Made by a program: the position numbers and the translations under genes. From Camelus dromedarius (taxonomy: Eukaryota), in NCBI RefSeq assembly GCF_036321535.1, contig NC_087437.1, positions 47,928,001 to 47,992,000 on the forward strand: a stretch of 64,000 bases of DNA, in the 5' to 3' direction. The notes under the pieces were generated by a model, which had not been told where the DNA came from, did no database searches, and worked only from the letters and a program-made list of their open reading frames with translations. This document shows positions 1-12,700 of this stretch, one piece after another. How positions within the stretch are numbered: the first letter of the stretch is position 1; every line of letters starts with the position of its first letter.

Positions 1-689
1 GATTCACCTTTTTTCTTTTTCTTTTTTAAAAATTTTATTGACATCTTTTTACTCTTACTTGTTTTCCTTTCCTGGCCACAGTCTAGGTTGTGTCAGGCCT
101 GGGAGTTATACTGTCTAAGGTGATTGTACATACCTCTAAGTTCATTCATTTTGTGTTTGGTCTTTTAGATTAATTGCTGGAGTAGTCTCTTGTTTCTCTT
201 TTTCCTGTCTGTGGCTGATGCTCTGTGGGCACACACAAAAAACTCGAGGAGAGATGCAGTTTAGGTAGATCACACTTACTCTGGAGAGAACCTTTCCTCA
301 TCCTTTCCTCTCTGGTTTATGACTTGGTGTTTAACCAAGAGTTCTGGTTTTCTCTCCATTTGAGCTGTGAGAACAGAGCAGTGAGGCTGGCTTCTCTGGT
401 TTTGTTATTTTTTCTAAACACAGGAGCTTGTTGAGGTACATCTTTACCTCTCTCCTTCTGCTTTCCTGTGTGGGGATCTGAGGGAAGGGTCTGAACTCCT
501 GCCATTTTCTAGGGGTTAGGAAGAAAGCCTGAAGTCAAATAAGTAAACCATAGCTAGCCAAAGAAGACGTCTGTTGAGGTCATTTATACCAAACCAGCAT
601 TCGTATAAGATTATTTGAAATAAGGAAGTTTAAACTTACGAGGAAAGGGATCCTGCTTATCTTACTTAATATTATATCCTCAGTATTTG

Positions 690-765
690 TATATATTTGG
701 TATTCAATAAATATTTGCTGAATACAGTGAATGAATGGGTGAATGAATGAGTGAGTGAGTGAGTC
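690..765 (+). mobile_element. L2 LINE 3' tail
   Basis: tattcaataaatatttgctgaat followed by (gaat/gagt)n, the typical L2 3' terminus. Confidence 0.65.
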
Positions 766-2444
766 CCTGTGTATGAACAAGGATGACCAGTCATATACTA
801 GCCGTACCTAATAGCATGCCATCATATAGAAACATTTTAATCTTTGGCAATTAATTATAAAACTTTTTTTCAATCAAAACATAATAAATTTGGAAAAAAA
901 TAGAAAAGCAAAAAAAAAAAACCTTCCCAGAGATAAGAAATTATTACCATTTTTGTATAATTTCTGACAGATTCTCAGCTGTTGTCTGAGTCTTAGTCTC
1001 TATCTTTGTGCTGTAATTTTTTCTGTAGTTAATTTTGGAACTTAATACACACACTATTTTCTAACATGCTTATGACATCAGTGGGTTATTCATGCTCTAA
1101 ACCTTTTCTTTTACCTTTTCCCTTCTGTGGATCTCTCTGTGCCCTCCATGGCTTAACTTGTCATTTAACTTGAAATGAAGCAATGACTAGTTTCCTTCTA
1201 AAGTGAATGTGGTTACTCATGAAACGCTGCTGGGCTATTCCTAGCAGGATCTTTCTGTGAACTTCCTAACTGTGTTCCTTGGCTCCAAATTTTTAAGTTC
1301 AAGTAGGAGTCGGGGAGGGTAATACTTGTCAGGCAATGCTTATGTGCTACAGTAGTTTCTGAGCTAAGACTTGACTTTGCTAAGCTGAAGTTGGAAGTAA
1401 AATGAGTTTCCCAGTGAAAAATGTGTAAGGATTTTCAGCTCCTGAGTCTACTTCAAATTTTTTTTCTATGACTACATGTCATTTATAAATTCTTCACGAT
1501 TGCCAAGTTTAAGGATCACAGTTCAGTTTTAGATTTCTAGTGTGTTACTCACTAAACTGTTTTTGTCATTGGAGTAAGAAGTAACTATTATGTCTGACCA
1601 AATCATGTCATATTTTTGGAGCAGTTAATGACTGGAGATAGGAAATGTTAAATTTCTCACTGTGGCAGGAGCCTAGTGGCTTAAGAACAATAGAATTCTA
1701 TGTGATTTTCACTTATTTCAAAATCCTAGACCAATGCCAATGGTGCATTTCTAGCAATCTTACTATTTTCTGTTGGGGCTCTGATAATTAGGGGCTTAAT
1801 GTCTTGAGTCTTGAAAACTCTCTCATTAGTTAATAATTACCAGAATTAAATGCCAAAGGAGTGTCACTTTCACTTTTCAGCCAGTATTTCCTATCACTTG
1901 TCATAGATTAGAAATATTGTTGCTGTATTTAAGTTATTAGTTCAAATAATTTTTTTTTTTTTTTTTTTTTTTTAGTATTTAAACTTTTAAGAAATTTTTT
2001 CTTAAGTGGGCTGGGGATTTTCTTTTGTTTTTGCTTTGAGAGCACTAAGTTATATTTAAAGAAGAAAATAAATGAAGGCTACCATCCGCAAGTTAAAATA
2101 GGCCTCTAGGGGAGGAGGTATAGAAGAAAAAGCTATATAATGTTTAATCTATTAATAGTAGAAACATTGACTTTTTTGGGGTGGCGGTGAGACTCCACGT
2201 ATCTGGGTTTGGGTTGGAGGGTCACCATAGTTCCTGTATGTTACTTTCTTTCTCCTCTTGGTGATGTTCCAAAGAGTAGGAAACTCCTTGAACAGTCTTT
2301 TACTGTTCTAAAGAATAATATCTTTATATCTATTTTCTGATTTTGTTTTTCAAATTTAGGAGCAAAGAAATTGCAGCTTTTCACTCCCTTCTTGTTAACA
2401 GCCTGGTGCTTCACTGAGTCTGTTGGTCTCCTGAGAGATCTAAG

Positions 2445-2610
2445 GAAATAGTCTGGTGCAAAGGAAAAAGGACTGGGCCAGGGGTCAGAATATCTAAGTT
2501 CTGGGCCGCGTGTGCTGTTTGAGGCAAATGACTTTTCTAAGCCTTATTTTCTGATCTGCAAAATGGGCCTGAAAATATTTCCCTCTGCCACACTGCACAG
2601 CTGTTTGAGG
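2445..2610 (+). mobile_element. MIR SINE
   Basis: MIR core-like: tgtgctgtttgaggcaaatgacttttctaagccttattttctgatctgcaaaatggg. Confidence 0.6.
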
Positions 2611-2654
2611 ACAGAAGAGGCAGCAGTTCTGATAGCTGTCGAAAGCTCTAGGCA

Positions 2655-2810
2655 GGACTTCTCAGACTTTACTGTGCACGCTCGGATCTTGTTAAAATGC
2701 AGATTCCCATTCAGTAGGTGTGGGGTGGGGCCCGAGATTGTGCATTTCTAACAGGCTCTCAGGGAATGCTGTTGCTTTGAATCCATGCCCCACACTTGGA
2801 GAAGAAGCCA
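2655..2810. mobile_element. MER5A-like hAT-Charlie DNA element
   Basis: cttgttaaaatgcagattccc...gtggggtgggcccgagattgtgcatttctaacaggctctcagg resembles the MER5A consensus. Confidence 0.75.
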
Positions 2811-2950
2811 GGAACGGTCTAAAGCATTATGTTGTCGGGTGGGCTGTGAGGACCCTGAGGAGGGAAGCCGCCCCCCTCGGTACCCAGCTTCCCAGCACCA
2901 GTGCGCCTTGAATGGGTTACCCACGAGGCCAACAGGCTGATCTGTCCGGC

Positions 2951-2996
2951 CGGGGGCGGGGGCGTGGCCTGGGGGCGGAGCCTCCGGAGTTTCCCC
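2951..2996. promoter_or_regulatory. Cluster of three GC boxes and a kappaB-consensus site in intron 6
   Basis: GGGGCGGGG 2953-2961, GGGGCGTGGC 2959-2968, GGGGCGGAGC 2972-2981; GGAGTTTCCC 2986-2995 (reverse complement GGGAAACTCC). Confidence 0.4.
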
Positions 2997-3657
2997 GTGG
3001 TGCTGGCGCATCACTGTTTCCTAAGTGCTGCAGGCGGCATGTTTGGAAGCACTGCAGTCTTCACAGGTCCCTCACCAGCTCTGTGAGGTGTGGACACTGA
3101 CAGAGAAGAGAGAGGGGGAGGGGGCAGGTAGAGATGGTAGGGCTGAGACTACAGAGGGTTCCACAGGCAGAATTTTGTTTTGTCCTGGACTTACTCCCCA
3201 GTGCCACCATTCAGCCACCCCGAGGCTGTGTGTTCTCTCTGTTCTTCACAGGTTCTCCCTCCGGGTGCAATAGGGGTCACCTCCTTCCTCACCCTTCCCT
3301 CTTCCTCAACTTACAGTGATGCTATTGGGGTTTGGGTTAGAACAATCAAATACTCGGCATTTATATTTGTCTGATTGTAAGTTGTTTTAACTTTATGCAC
3401 TGTTTTCTTTTTCTTGTTTCAGAAAACCTTTTAAAAAATTACTTTCTGAACTATCAGAAGAATTGCTATATGAGTATATTTACAAATATACCCATTATAT
3501 TTATTATCATCTGTCTTTTCCCCAGTTGAGACTCACAAGGGGGTTTTGTTTTGTTCATTTATATAGTCCAAGTGCGTGTAGGAGCTCAGTAAGTATGTGT
3601 TGAATATTGAATGAGTTGATTGAAGATCTCAGTGCTTATTTTCTCTTCACTCTCTAG

Positions 3658-3752
3658 ATGTTTATTCTTTCCAAGAAGAGGAACCTGTTTTGGATCCTCA
3701 TTTGGCCAAGCACTTAGCACATTTTGGAATTGATATGCTTCATATGCATGGG
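3658..3752 (+). CDS. USP13: USP13 exon 7 (95 nt), end of ZnF-UBP region
   Basis: ctctag|AT GTT TAT...CAT GGG|gtaagc; translates (D)[31 protein letters not shown]. Confidence 0.96.
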
Positions 3753-6700
3753 GTAAGCAGGTCTACTTTTGTCTCTTTTTCTGTCTTGCGGGGAAACTGA
3801 TTTATACAATATATAATTTCTGTAGTGCAAATCTTCATTTTATAGGTTTTAATGTTGGCACTTACTTCTTGAACTTAATTATTGTTTTCTTTTGGTTATT
3901 GGCTAATTTTTTTTTTATGTTATAATAAAAATGGTACCTCATCAAGTACCATTTTGTTTTAGCTGGAGTTTACTTGCAAAATTTCTGTCTCCTTTGATGG
4001 ATAGTTGCATGAATCACTCTTTGTTCACTAAAGGGAGCAGGTACAGGGAGAGGACCTTTAAAATGATCTATGACCAATATCACTTTAATTACTTTCAGGA
4101 AGGGAAGCAGGGCTTGGGGAGGAGGCTGGGGATAGGGGTGGAAAGAATAGGCCAACATGTTATTGTTGATAGAAACACTCTGCCTCATTTCATACTGTTT
4201 TCAGGCTGAGATTGTGACTAGGTGACGTTTGTCCCTATGAGGAGCTGATTTAAGTGTATGTGTTTTGGTTTAGCCCTTTTATCCCCGCCCAGGCCATCTC
4301 GCTCTCATTATGTATCTCTGACTTCCTTTTCTCACTCATATCACTTTTAAATTTATTTTCACAGCTCTTTATTTTTGTTTTCTTTCGGGGGGTGGTAATT
4401 AGGTTTACTTATTTATTTTTAATGGAAGTACTGGGGATTGAACTGGGACCTCATGCATGTTAAGCAGGCGCTCTACCACTGAGCTATTACCCTCCCCTCC
4501 TCACCAAATTTTTTACTGTTCTTCTTTAACCTTCCTCCTATGCTGAGCTACTTCCAAGCCCCATTGTTTTATTCCACTTTCCTCTGCAACTGCCTTGCTT
4601 TTTTGTTTGCTGTGTTGCATTGTGTCTGCTCTTGAAATTATTCTACTTGCTTCTTTTTTGATTCCTATTTTTCTTTCTTTCTCCTATCTCCTTTCCTCTC
4701 AGCCTTTGTCTCTTCTATTTTTAAATCTTCTAATGTGGTTTTAAAAAATTATCAGAAGATATAAAATTCACGATTTTAACCATTTTAAAATGTACAGTTC
4801 TGTGGCATTAAGTACATCTGCCTTGTACAGCCTTCACCGTCTTAGTCTCTTTTCATGAAGTTACTTATTTCTCTGTTTAATTGGGGGGAAAAGGGCAGAA
4901 ACATCAATTGCTGTTAGAAATAATTTTTGAGACATGATCTTAGAGCGATCATCATCGTTAAAGCTGTTTTTCCTCAATGATGTTGCCCCAGACAGAGAAC
5001 GGGCTCCGGGACAACGACATCAAGCCGCGGGTCAGCGAGTGGGAAGTGATCCAGGAGACAGGGTCAAAGCTGAAGCCCATGTACGGCCCCGGCTACACGG
5101 GGCTCAAGAACCTGGGGAATAGCTGCTATCTGAGCTCCGTGATGCAGGCCATCTTCAGCATCCCGGAGTTCCAGAGAGCGTAAGTGTCTCCCGCAGAACG
5201 GGCGCAAAGCCTGCCTAGCGCCCCGCCCCGCCGCGTGCAGCCGGGCGAGTGCGCGGGAAAGCCCTTCTTCTTTGGTGGCAGGACACCTCGCCGCACCGCC
5301 TGCGCTGTGACTTCTCGCCCTGCGCTGGGTGAGAACCCTTGCCGAGGGTTATGGGGATCCGCTGAGCTAGGGAGAATTCTGTAAACGGAAAAACATCAAC
5401 AGGGCATTTGTCGTATTAATAATGGCTTCCATTTTTAGACCATCACCCTGTATGCCAAGAATATAATAATCATTAATCTTCACAGCAAACCTGCCAAATC
5501 TCTTCTATAGATGCACTAGGAGAGAGTCAGTGATCTGTTGGGTCAGTGTCGCCTTCCTGGTGAGTGGAGTTTCTTAAAGGATTTAGGCTTTTCAATTTTT
5601 TTTCCTTCTCAAAATGTGATTCCCAGATGGCGCTGGGCCTTTGACTATTGGATATGGATCTGTATGTAGTGAGACCAGTATGGAGATTGGGAGTGAGCAT
5701 TCAGAAATTGTTGTAGCAGTTTGACATTGCTCTGTTTTATAAATGGCATTTCGTTTTTCCAGTACAGTTGAGCCTTGAACAACACAGGTTTAAACTACAC
5801 TGGTTCACTTATATTTGGATTTTTTTCAATAAATATGTGCTACAGTACTACATGATCTGCGGTAGGTTGAAACCTCACGTATGGAGAAACCCTGAAGCCA
5901 AAGGGCTGACTGTAAAGTTAGGCGTGGAACTTCGACTGTGTGGAAGGTTAGTGCCCCTAAATCCCGTGTTGTTCAAGGCTCAGCTGTAATTCATTTTTTA
6001 TTGTATTTTAGAAGGTATCATTTATATGAGTTGAAATCAACAAACGAGTTGGCCCTTCACCACAAGTTATTGGGAGGCACTGATTTAGGGTGCTTGCTAA
6101 CTATGCGCATTTAGTTGCCTTCTTCCTCCTCCCTTCCCCTGGGTGGAGTGGCTGCCTCTGGCCGTTTTCTAATGTAGGCTGTGCTTGGGACAGGGAGCCG
6201 CAGAGACTGGCAGCTGCAGCTCATGGGCAGCTGCTGCCTAAATTTAGGAAATAATCTCTAATGTTTTCCAGAGCAGGTAGGTTTCCACCTTGGTTCAAGT
6301 ATGGAAGAGGACACATGCGTGCTCGGACACACTGACAGGCAGACAGCAGGCTAGGAACAACAAAAGGCCATTTTTCACCCACGTGGAGTTGACCACTGAT
6401 GGCTTTAAGGGTGATTATATGTCATATATGTCATGTGTATCAAATATCCTTTTCTTTCCTCTCTTGGTATTTGAAGTCTTACCTCTTTTTTTTTTTTTTT
6501 TACTTTTCCTGGCTTTGGAAATCTATGGTCAGTTTTCCATGTCAGATTTTCATTTTTCCATCTGGGCAAAAACAGTGGGTTCTATTCTGATCAGCATTGT
6601 GCTGGGTGTGGGGGGTTCAGTGGTACACAAAAGGATAGGTGCCTGGCCCTCCCTGGGGAAACAGACATTAAATAAACATAGACAGCCTGTTACTTGTGAT

Positions 6701-9700
6701 GATTCGATTTAAGATTTTTTGACTTTATGATGGTGCAAGAGTGGTATGTATTCAGTAGAAACTGTATTTCGAATTTCTGAGTTTTGCTCTTCTCCTGGGC
6801 TAGTGGCTTGAGGTACATACTCCCCTGTGATGCTGGGCAGCTCCCGGTCTGCCACTCGATCCCAAGAGTAACCATTTTGGACCCAGACAGCCCTTCTGTT
6901 CTGTACTTTCAGTACCGTAGTCAGTAAATTAGATAAGGTAGTTAACACTTTGTTATCAAACAGCTTTGTGTTAAATGATTTAGCCTAACTCTACGCTAAT
7001 GTCAGTGGTCTGAGCACGTTTCAGGTAGGTGACACTAAGCTGTGGTGTTTGATATGTTAGGTGTATGCAGTATATTTTCTTTTTTTTGTAATATGTAAGG
7101 TTTTTTTAAATGGGATTGTTTTTTCTTTTCTTTTTTTTTAGGTTTATTTATTTAATTTTATATTTTGAGGGGGACAATTAGGCTTATTTTATTTTTAGAG
7201 GAGATACTAGAGATTGAACCCAGGATCTACCACTTGAGCTGTCCCCTCTCCCCTGCAATACATTTTCAGTGTAAGATATTTTCAGCTTACAATGGGTTTG
7301 TGAGGACATAACCGCATCTTTTGTCAAGGAAGATCTGTAATCCTAAGAACAACTGCATGGTTGTAAACATGGTGAGTTCCATGAAGGAGAAGGGAATGAG
7401 GTGGTCAGGGAGGATCTCTTTGAAGAAAGGACACACGAAAGGACACTGACCTTGAATGATGTGCAGGAGGAGTGGAAACAGGGTTTTGGACAAAAGGAGG
7501 AGCAAGTTTGAAGCTCTGAAATGGGAAAACCTTTTCGAAGATTTGCATCATGCATTGTATTATTTTTATGAATTCTGACCCTTGTGTCTTACTTGTATTA
7601 CGATTTGATTGGGGAACAATGTAGCTTCATCTTCTCTTTCTCATGCTCCAAGATTTTTTTTTTTTTTAATATTGAAGGAAAGCTCTATGGCCTTATGGTA
7701 GATGTTATATAATTATTATTTCTTTTAAACTATAATGGAAGAGACTTACGTTCTTTTGTTACAAAGCCCAGCAGCGTTTTTAGTGCTTTACAGTCTATAG
7801 TTTTTGAAAATATTTTCTACGTTTCAAAGTTTGATGAACAATTAACTTTCTGAAGTTTTTCTTCAATGAAAAAATGTACCTCATGTCTGTATTTTGGATT
7901 TAAGATTTGAATCTCTTGCCTCTCAAGTATCGTTTCAAGAGTTTTAGAATTTTATGTCATCTAATATTTTATATTCCATTTCCTAAACATTTACTGTATA
8001 AGAAAATGAGCAACTTATCCATACCTTGATCTTTTTGTTCTTTTCCCAAGTCTCACTGGGTAGAAATACTTGCTCTGGAAACTCCTTTTTCCCCAGTGGG
8101 ACTAACTCAGTGGAGTTGCGTCTAGGAGCAATATTTCCATTTTGCAAGTAGAAAGAGTGACTCACAGAGAAATTAAATGACTTCTGCACAACCACAGTGG
8201 AATTCAGGAACATTAGTCTGACTCCTTGATACCCTGTTTGCTGCTTGAACCCAGTTTACATTTCAAAATAATTCTGATGGGGAGCAAATCTAAATAAACT
8301 GGTGTGCAAATTGAATGACAGCTTGGATTGTCAGATAGCAAAACTGTTTTTTTGCTTTGAAAACCACTAGATTACAAATTGAAGATATAATGAGTTCTTT
8401 AAAAATTATCCCACATTACTGCTGCATATTAATTTAATTTTGTTTTAATGGAGGACAGTCCTTGTTGATTAGAAAAGGAATATAAATTACTAGCAAAATG
8501 GACTTTTCTGATATTGATGGTTTACAACCCCCTTTAACTTTATTCTTCTCCAGCAATCTTGCCTGAAAACCTAAGCTTTTCACTAATCTTCATATTCTCA
8601 GTAGGTTTTCTTTTGTCTTGTCAGGTTTTGAGATATGAGAAAGACTGGATTGTATGAGAGCTAAGGTTTATAACGTTTATCATGTTGTATGTTATTAACA
8701 GCTCTTCAATGCAATCTCTGACTCTGAATATGGTTTGGTTCCAAAGTTTGGTTTATCTATTATTTGGCTCTTGGTCCACTGAAAATTTCTAGATGGAATT
8801 GTTGCCTAGTGACACATCCAAAAGCTGTTTGAATGGGACTGTTCCAGAGACATGTGCTGTTAATTTCGGTGTTGGTCCATAACCTCAGATACAAATTCTG
8901 AGTTTGTAGACAGCAGGTCCGAGAAATTTCTAGTTGTTGAGGGATCTAATTAGAGGTCATTACTAACTATAGTGTATCATGGCTCTCTGCTAAGGCTTTA
9001 TTGAAATAATTCCTTTCCTTTTGGGTTAAAGGTAGTCAGTTACAGAAATTGGTTATGTAGTTCATGGAGATTATATTCTAGTATGTAATCCCTAGAGAGA
9101 TAAATAATAAACAAGAACATAAATAAATTAATATAATTGCAAATAGTGATGCATGCCAAGAAGAAAGTTAGCCAGGGTGGGCTGATAGGGGATTTTAGGA
9201 AGGGTGGGGAGGGACTTTTAATCAGACCTGGAAAAGAACAGGGATGGGTAGAGAGAGTTCCAGGAAGGAGACAGTGTATGCCTGACCTTGAAGCAGGAGC
9301 GAGCTTGGCGTGCCCTGGGCAGCAAGAAGGGGAAGTGGCCGGGGCATTGTGTGTGAGGGGGAGTGAGGTCAGAGAAGTGGGCAGAGCAAGTGCAGGAAGG
9401 GCCAGGGAAAGGGATCTGCTTCTGGATCCTTCTTCCTAGAACCTTCAGGCTCAGAGAGTCAAAGCCTCAAGAGGGAAAGGTGAACAGCTCAAAGCAGGGG
9501 GTATGAAACAGAAGAAGAACGTAAGAAGTGAAGGGAATGATTGTGCACTGAGATGAGAGGCGGGTGGGTACAGTTAGCGCTGCTCAGTCGGGATAGACTG
9601 GTCAGAAAGGGGTTGTGGACTGCAGGAGACTGTGGCCGGGGCAGGTCCAGCTGGCAGAGTGGTTCAGAGCACCGCATGGGAGCCAGGCTGCCTGGGTCCC

Positions 9701-12700
9701 CTCTGGGCTTCATCACTCCCTCCTGGGTGACTTTGGAATCTCACTGAAGAATTTGCCTCCCAATTTCTCATCTCTCAAACGGGGTAGCGATAATAATCCC
9801 CTCCACATATAGTTGTAATGAAGACTTAATCAGGTAACAGAGGAAACCCCCCAGAAACAGTAGTTGTCACTCTTACTGTCATCATTATTCATTTTGACAT
9901 GATTGAGATAATTCCTAACTTTACCTTTTATTTTCGAGATGGTAGTTGTGATGGCATAAGCCAGTGGTTCTTGACTCTGGCTGCATGTTAGAATCACCTG
10001 GGGAACTTGTAAAAGATTCCCAATCCCAGGGAGTGAAATCAGAACCCCTGGGCGGTGGCTCTGGTTTCTGCATTTTTTCAAGAAATCCTTTAGGGAATTC
10101 TAACTCGCACCCAGGGTTGAGACCCACTGAGATAAGCACAAACATTTCAGCGGGGCCCAGGAGCATGGCTGCAGGGAAAACTTCTCTTCGGGTAGATGAT
10201 TTAATTTTGACAGGAAGGCAAGAAGGTCTTAGCCAGGATGACAGCTTATTTTGGTTCTGTTTTTCCCTCAGTTCCTCTGTTTTGACTGTTGCTTCTCATT
10301 TTCTAGGTATGTAGGAAATCTTCCAAGAATATTTGACTACTCTCCTTTAGATCCAACACAAGATTTTAATACACAGATGTAAGTAACCAATTGTAGCTTT
10401 TAAGAAAAGTATCTGATAAAGTGTTTATAGTAGTCTCTGGGTTGCAGAATTAAAGTCAGTTCTTTATTTTCTGTATTTTTAAGAGTATTCTAAAATGAGC
10501 ATGTGTTGCTTTTATAAGAATTAGTAAATTTATAAGTTAAATTTTATGTATTATATATTATATATATAATTAGTAAAATTATAAAGTGCTGAGAAAATTT
10601 AACATTTCAGTCAGTATCAAGCAGAATCAAAAGAGTTATTTGCGAGTAACTGAGACACAGTGTTCAGCTGTAGTTGTTGGAATTTGTGGATAATTTTAAT
10701 ATCTCTGAGAGGAAACAACAATGACCTTTCTGTCTGTTTCTCCCTCCTGCCCAGGACTAAGTTAGGACATGGCCTTCTCTCGGGCCAGTATTCAAAACCT
10801 CCCGTGAAATCTGAACTCATTGAACAGGTGATGAAGGAGGAGCATAAGGTATGTGTCCATGTGTTTGCCATGTCGATATGTAGGAAGGAGGGACCTTCCC
10901 AGCTAGAGGGTGGATTTCCTGTGATTTGGGGAATGGTGGCTGTAAATGTAGCAAGCTGCCAGAATAGCTGTTTCATTTTAGGGTCCACGGTGTGTGTCCG
11001 CTCTTAAAAATTGTGGTGAGGAGTAGCCAGGGCTGGGGTTTCTAGTGGCAGTTGCTTCGTGGATTATATGTAATTGCCATCGTTAATGGTCTTCAGAAAT
11101 AATATTCTGCATAAAATAGAGCTGAAGTAGAAGGAATAAACTTTATAAAAATATAAACATTTTCCCCTTGGTAACACAGTCTTCGCCTTCCTAGTGTCTT
11201 TCTTCTCCTAAGCCTCAATTTTGTTTGCTAGGGTTTCTCAGGAGGCTGGTTGTTAAAAAAACAACACGCACATTGCTATTCCCTCTGGAACTGAGGGTTC
11301 TGAATGTCTGGGGAGGGCTGGGCAGTCCTCATTTTTGGTAAGCGGCGGAGGGTTTGTAAGTGTAAGAAACTTAGTTGGCCATTTAATCACTATTCATTGA
11401 TTAATTGAAAGATGTGCTTCATCTCCTAATATAGCCAGACTTGCATTTCCATGTGCCAGCAGGATGGGCCCCTGACCCCTCCCTGGGCTGCTCTGTTACA
11501 CATCTCCAGAGGGTGCCACTTGCCACCTGGCCTTTTTGAGCAGTGCTCTTGGAATTCTGCAGTGCACAGCTTAGGCAGCTGTATTTGGCAGCCTTGGCTC
11601 CCACTGTTGCAGATGTCCTGGCTGGAATGCATATCCCACTTCCCCAGCACCTCCTCTGCCTTCACAGTACCCTGTCTTGACTTAGTGGGCAAGTTCTTTC
11701 AATTGTTTGTGAAGTGTGTGACCTGTGGGCTCCTATCTTCAGTCAGTCGTCCTTGACGGATGCCTGCAGACTGAGAGCAAGAATCAAAAGTGAATAAGTA
11801 CATCTTCATAATGAAGCCAATTAGTTGGGGAAATGGATCAAACAGGAGAAGGGAGATTAGGAAGGGAACATATAGAGGCAGTGTCTGGGGTGGGGAGAAG
11901 GAAGTTGGTTGTGAGGAGGGTAGAGAGGGTTAGACATTTGGAGTGGCCAGGCCTGGAGATCAGAGTGTTGTGAGGCAGGAAGACTTCAGTTCTTCAGTTG
12001 CATTGTTATCTGGCGTTGCAATATCATGAGTTCCTTGTCCGCCTGAGACTGGAAGACCCTCAGTTCGGATGGTTTGGGTGTAGGGCTGGGGTATGGGGTT
12101 ATCCAGGCTGCTTTTACCTCTGAGTTCCTGTGAAACTTCGAAGAGGTGATGGTGAAAAAACTTGGTCCAAAATTTTGTTTTTGATGGCATTTATCCTGGA
12201 TTTTCATCCAGGCTGTCACTCCTTGGACCACTCTTGGGGCAGAGTCCACGCTCCCTGCTGGAACAGGAGGAGACTGGATTGGGACTCAGGATCCTGGCTT
12301 TCTCTCCTGTCCCAGCAAGGATCTGTAGACTGTGTGCAAGTCCCGTAACCCTGCAGTTTCAGCCATCGAATGGCAGATTGGTCTCTCCGAGGGTTGTGAA
12401 TATTGCAAGTGTGACGGTCCCCTCTCTAATGTAAAGAAAATGTATCCAATATATGACTGCTGTGCTTTTGGAATCTCTTCATTTGAGAAAATGTGAAGTG
12501 AAAAGTCATCGGTTTAGTAAAATTTGGCAGTAAAATTTGGTTTTGTTAATATCACAGTATCCTTTTACATTAGGGAGTAAAATACTTCCTATATGAGCAA
12601 GGCATGTAATTTAGTCTGTGAAAGGCTGGGGACCCTTGTCCCCTCCTTGCCATGGACTTAGTGTGGTAGCTGTGTGATCTTCAGGGCTCTGAGGCTTGCA

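Noticed and set aside
1950..1975. T24 followed by AG as a cryptic exon acceptor
   Set aside because: I found no convincing downstream donor or coding similarity; it is most simply a mononucleotide tract
4425..4497. tRNA-Ala gene on the minus strand
   Set aside because: The acceptor and anticodon regions are altered and it runs into a SINE tail, so it is a tRNA-derived SINE
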